Below are positions 63,815-64,000 of a DNA stretch of 64,000 nucleotides, piece by piece. Each line of letters begins with the position of its first letter. The first letter of the stretch is position 1. Origin of the DNA: Chiloscyllium plagiosum. Lineage: Eukaryota. Both the position numbers and the translations under genes were made by a program. The stretch is taken from contig NC_057718.1 in assembly GCF_004010195.1 (NCBI RefSeq), positions 68,830,449 to 68,894,448 on the forward strand, given 5' to 3'. The notes beneath the pieces were generated by a model, which was not told where the DNA came from, searched no databases, and was given only the letters and a program-made list of their open reading frames with translations.

Positions 63815-63946
63815 TAGGAGAAAGTGAGGACTGCAGATGCTGGAGATCAGAGCTTAAAAATGTGTTGTTGGAAAAGTGCAGCAGGTCAGGCAGCATCAAA
63901 GGAACAGGAGAATCGATGTTTTGGGCATAAGCCCTTCTTCAGGATT
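63815..63946 (-). mobile_element. PLE pLTR fragment with decayed hammerhead
   Basis: ggagaaagtgaggactgcagatgctggagatcagagc...gcccttcttcagga; same family as 32297 and 43331. Confidence 0.8.
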
Positions 63947-64000
63947 CTCACAGGAATATACAGACCTTGAACTCTACCTATTTCACCTTTAAAGGCTTGC

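Overview
Eukaryotic genomic DNA, most likely a shark: it carries HE1-like V-SINEs with (TCTAA)n tails and HER1/CR1-like LINEs. The window covers five + strand coding exons of a synaptojanin gene (Sac1 phosphatase domain, best match SYNJ2, probably exons 2-6) at 4006-4092, 35822-36089, 42152-42377, 44970-45053 and 59813-59874. All have GT-AG boundaries and join into one reading frame. The rest is intron packed with CR1 LINE fragments, V-SINEs, solo LTRs, a decayed Gypsy retrotransposon, a pogo/Tigger-type MITE and many Penelope-like elements (PLEs), often as inverted-repeat insertions with 12-16 bp target-site duplications (TSDs). Six N gaps are present. The most notable observations are: (1) minimal hammerhead-ribozyme motifs in at least four PLE families, with stem I covarying between families and several copies on the SYNJ2 sense strand; (2) an intronless RBPMS2-like retrocopy whose deletions keep the frame open; (3) a ~1.6 kb segment apparently copied from 18.4 kb away through CR1 homology; (4) a degenerate tandem array of Pol III B-box-like motifs; (5) an R-to-G change in the conserved Sac1 GTR motif; and (6) an exon whose acceptor also reads as a donor. 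All family assignments come from recalled sequences and by-eye alignment, not database searches.
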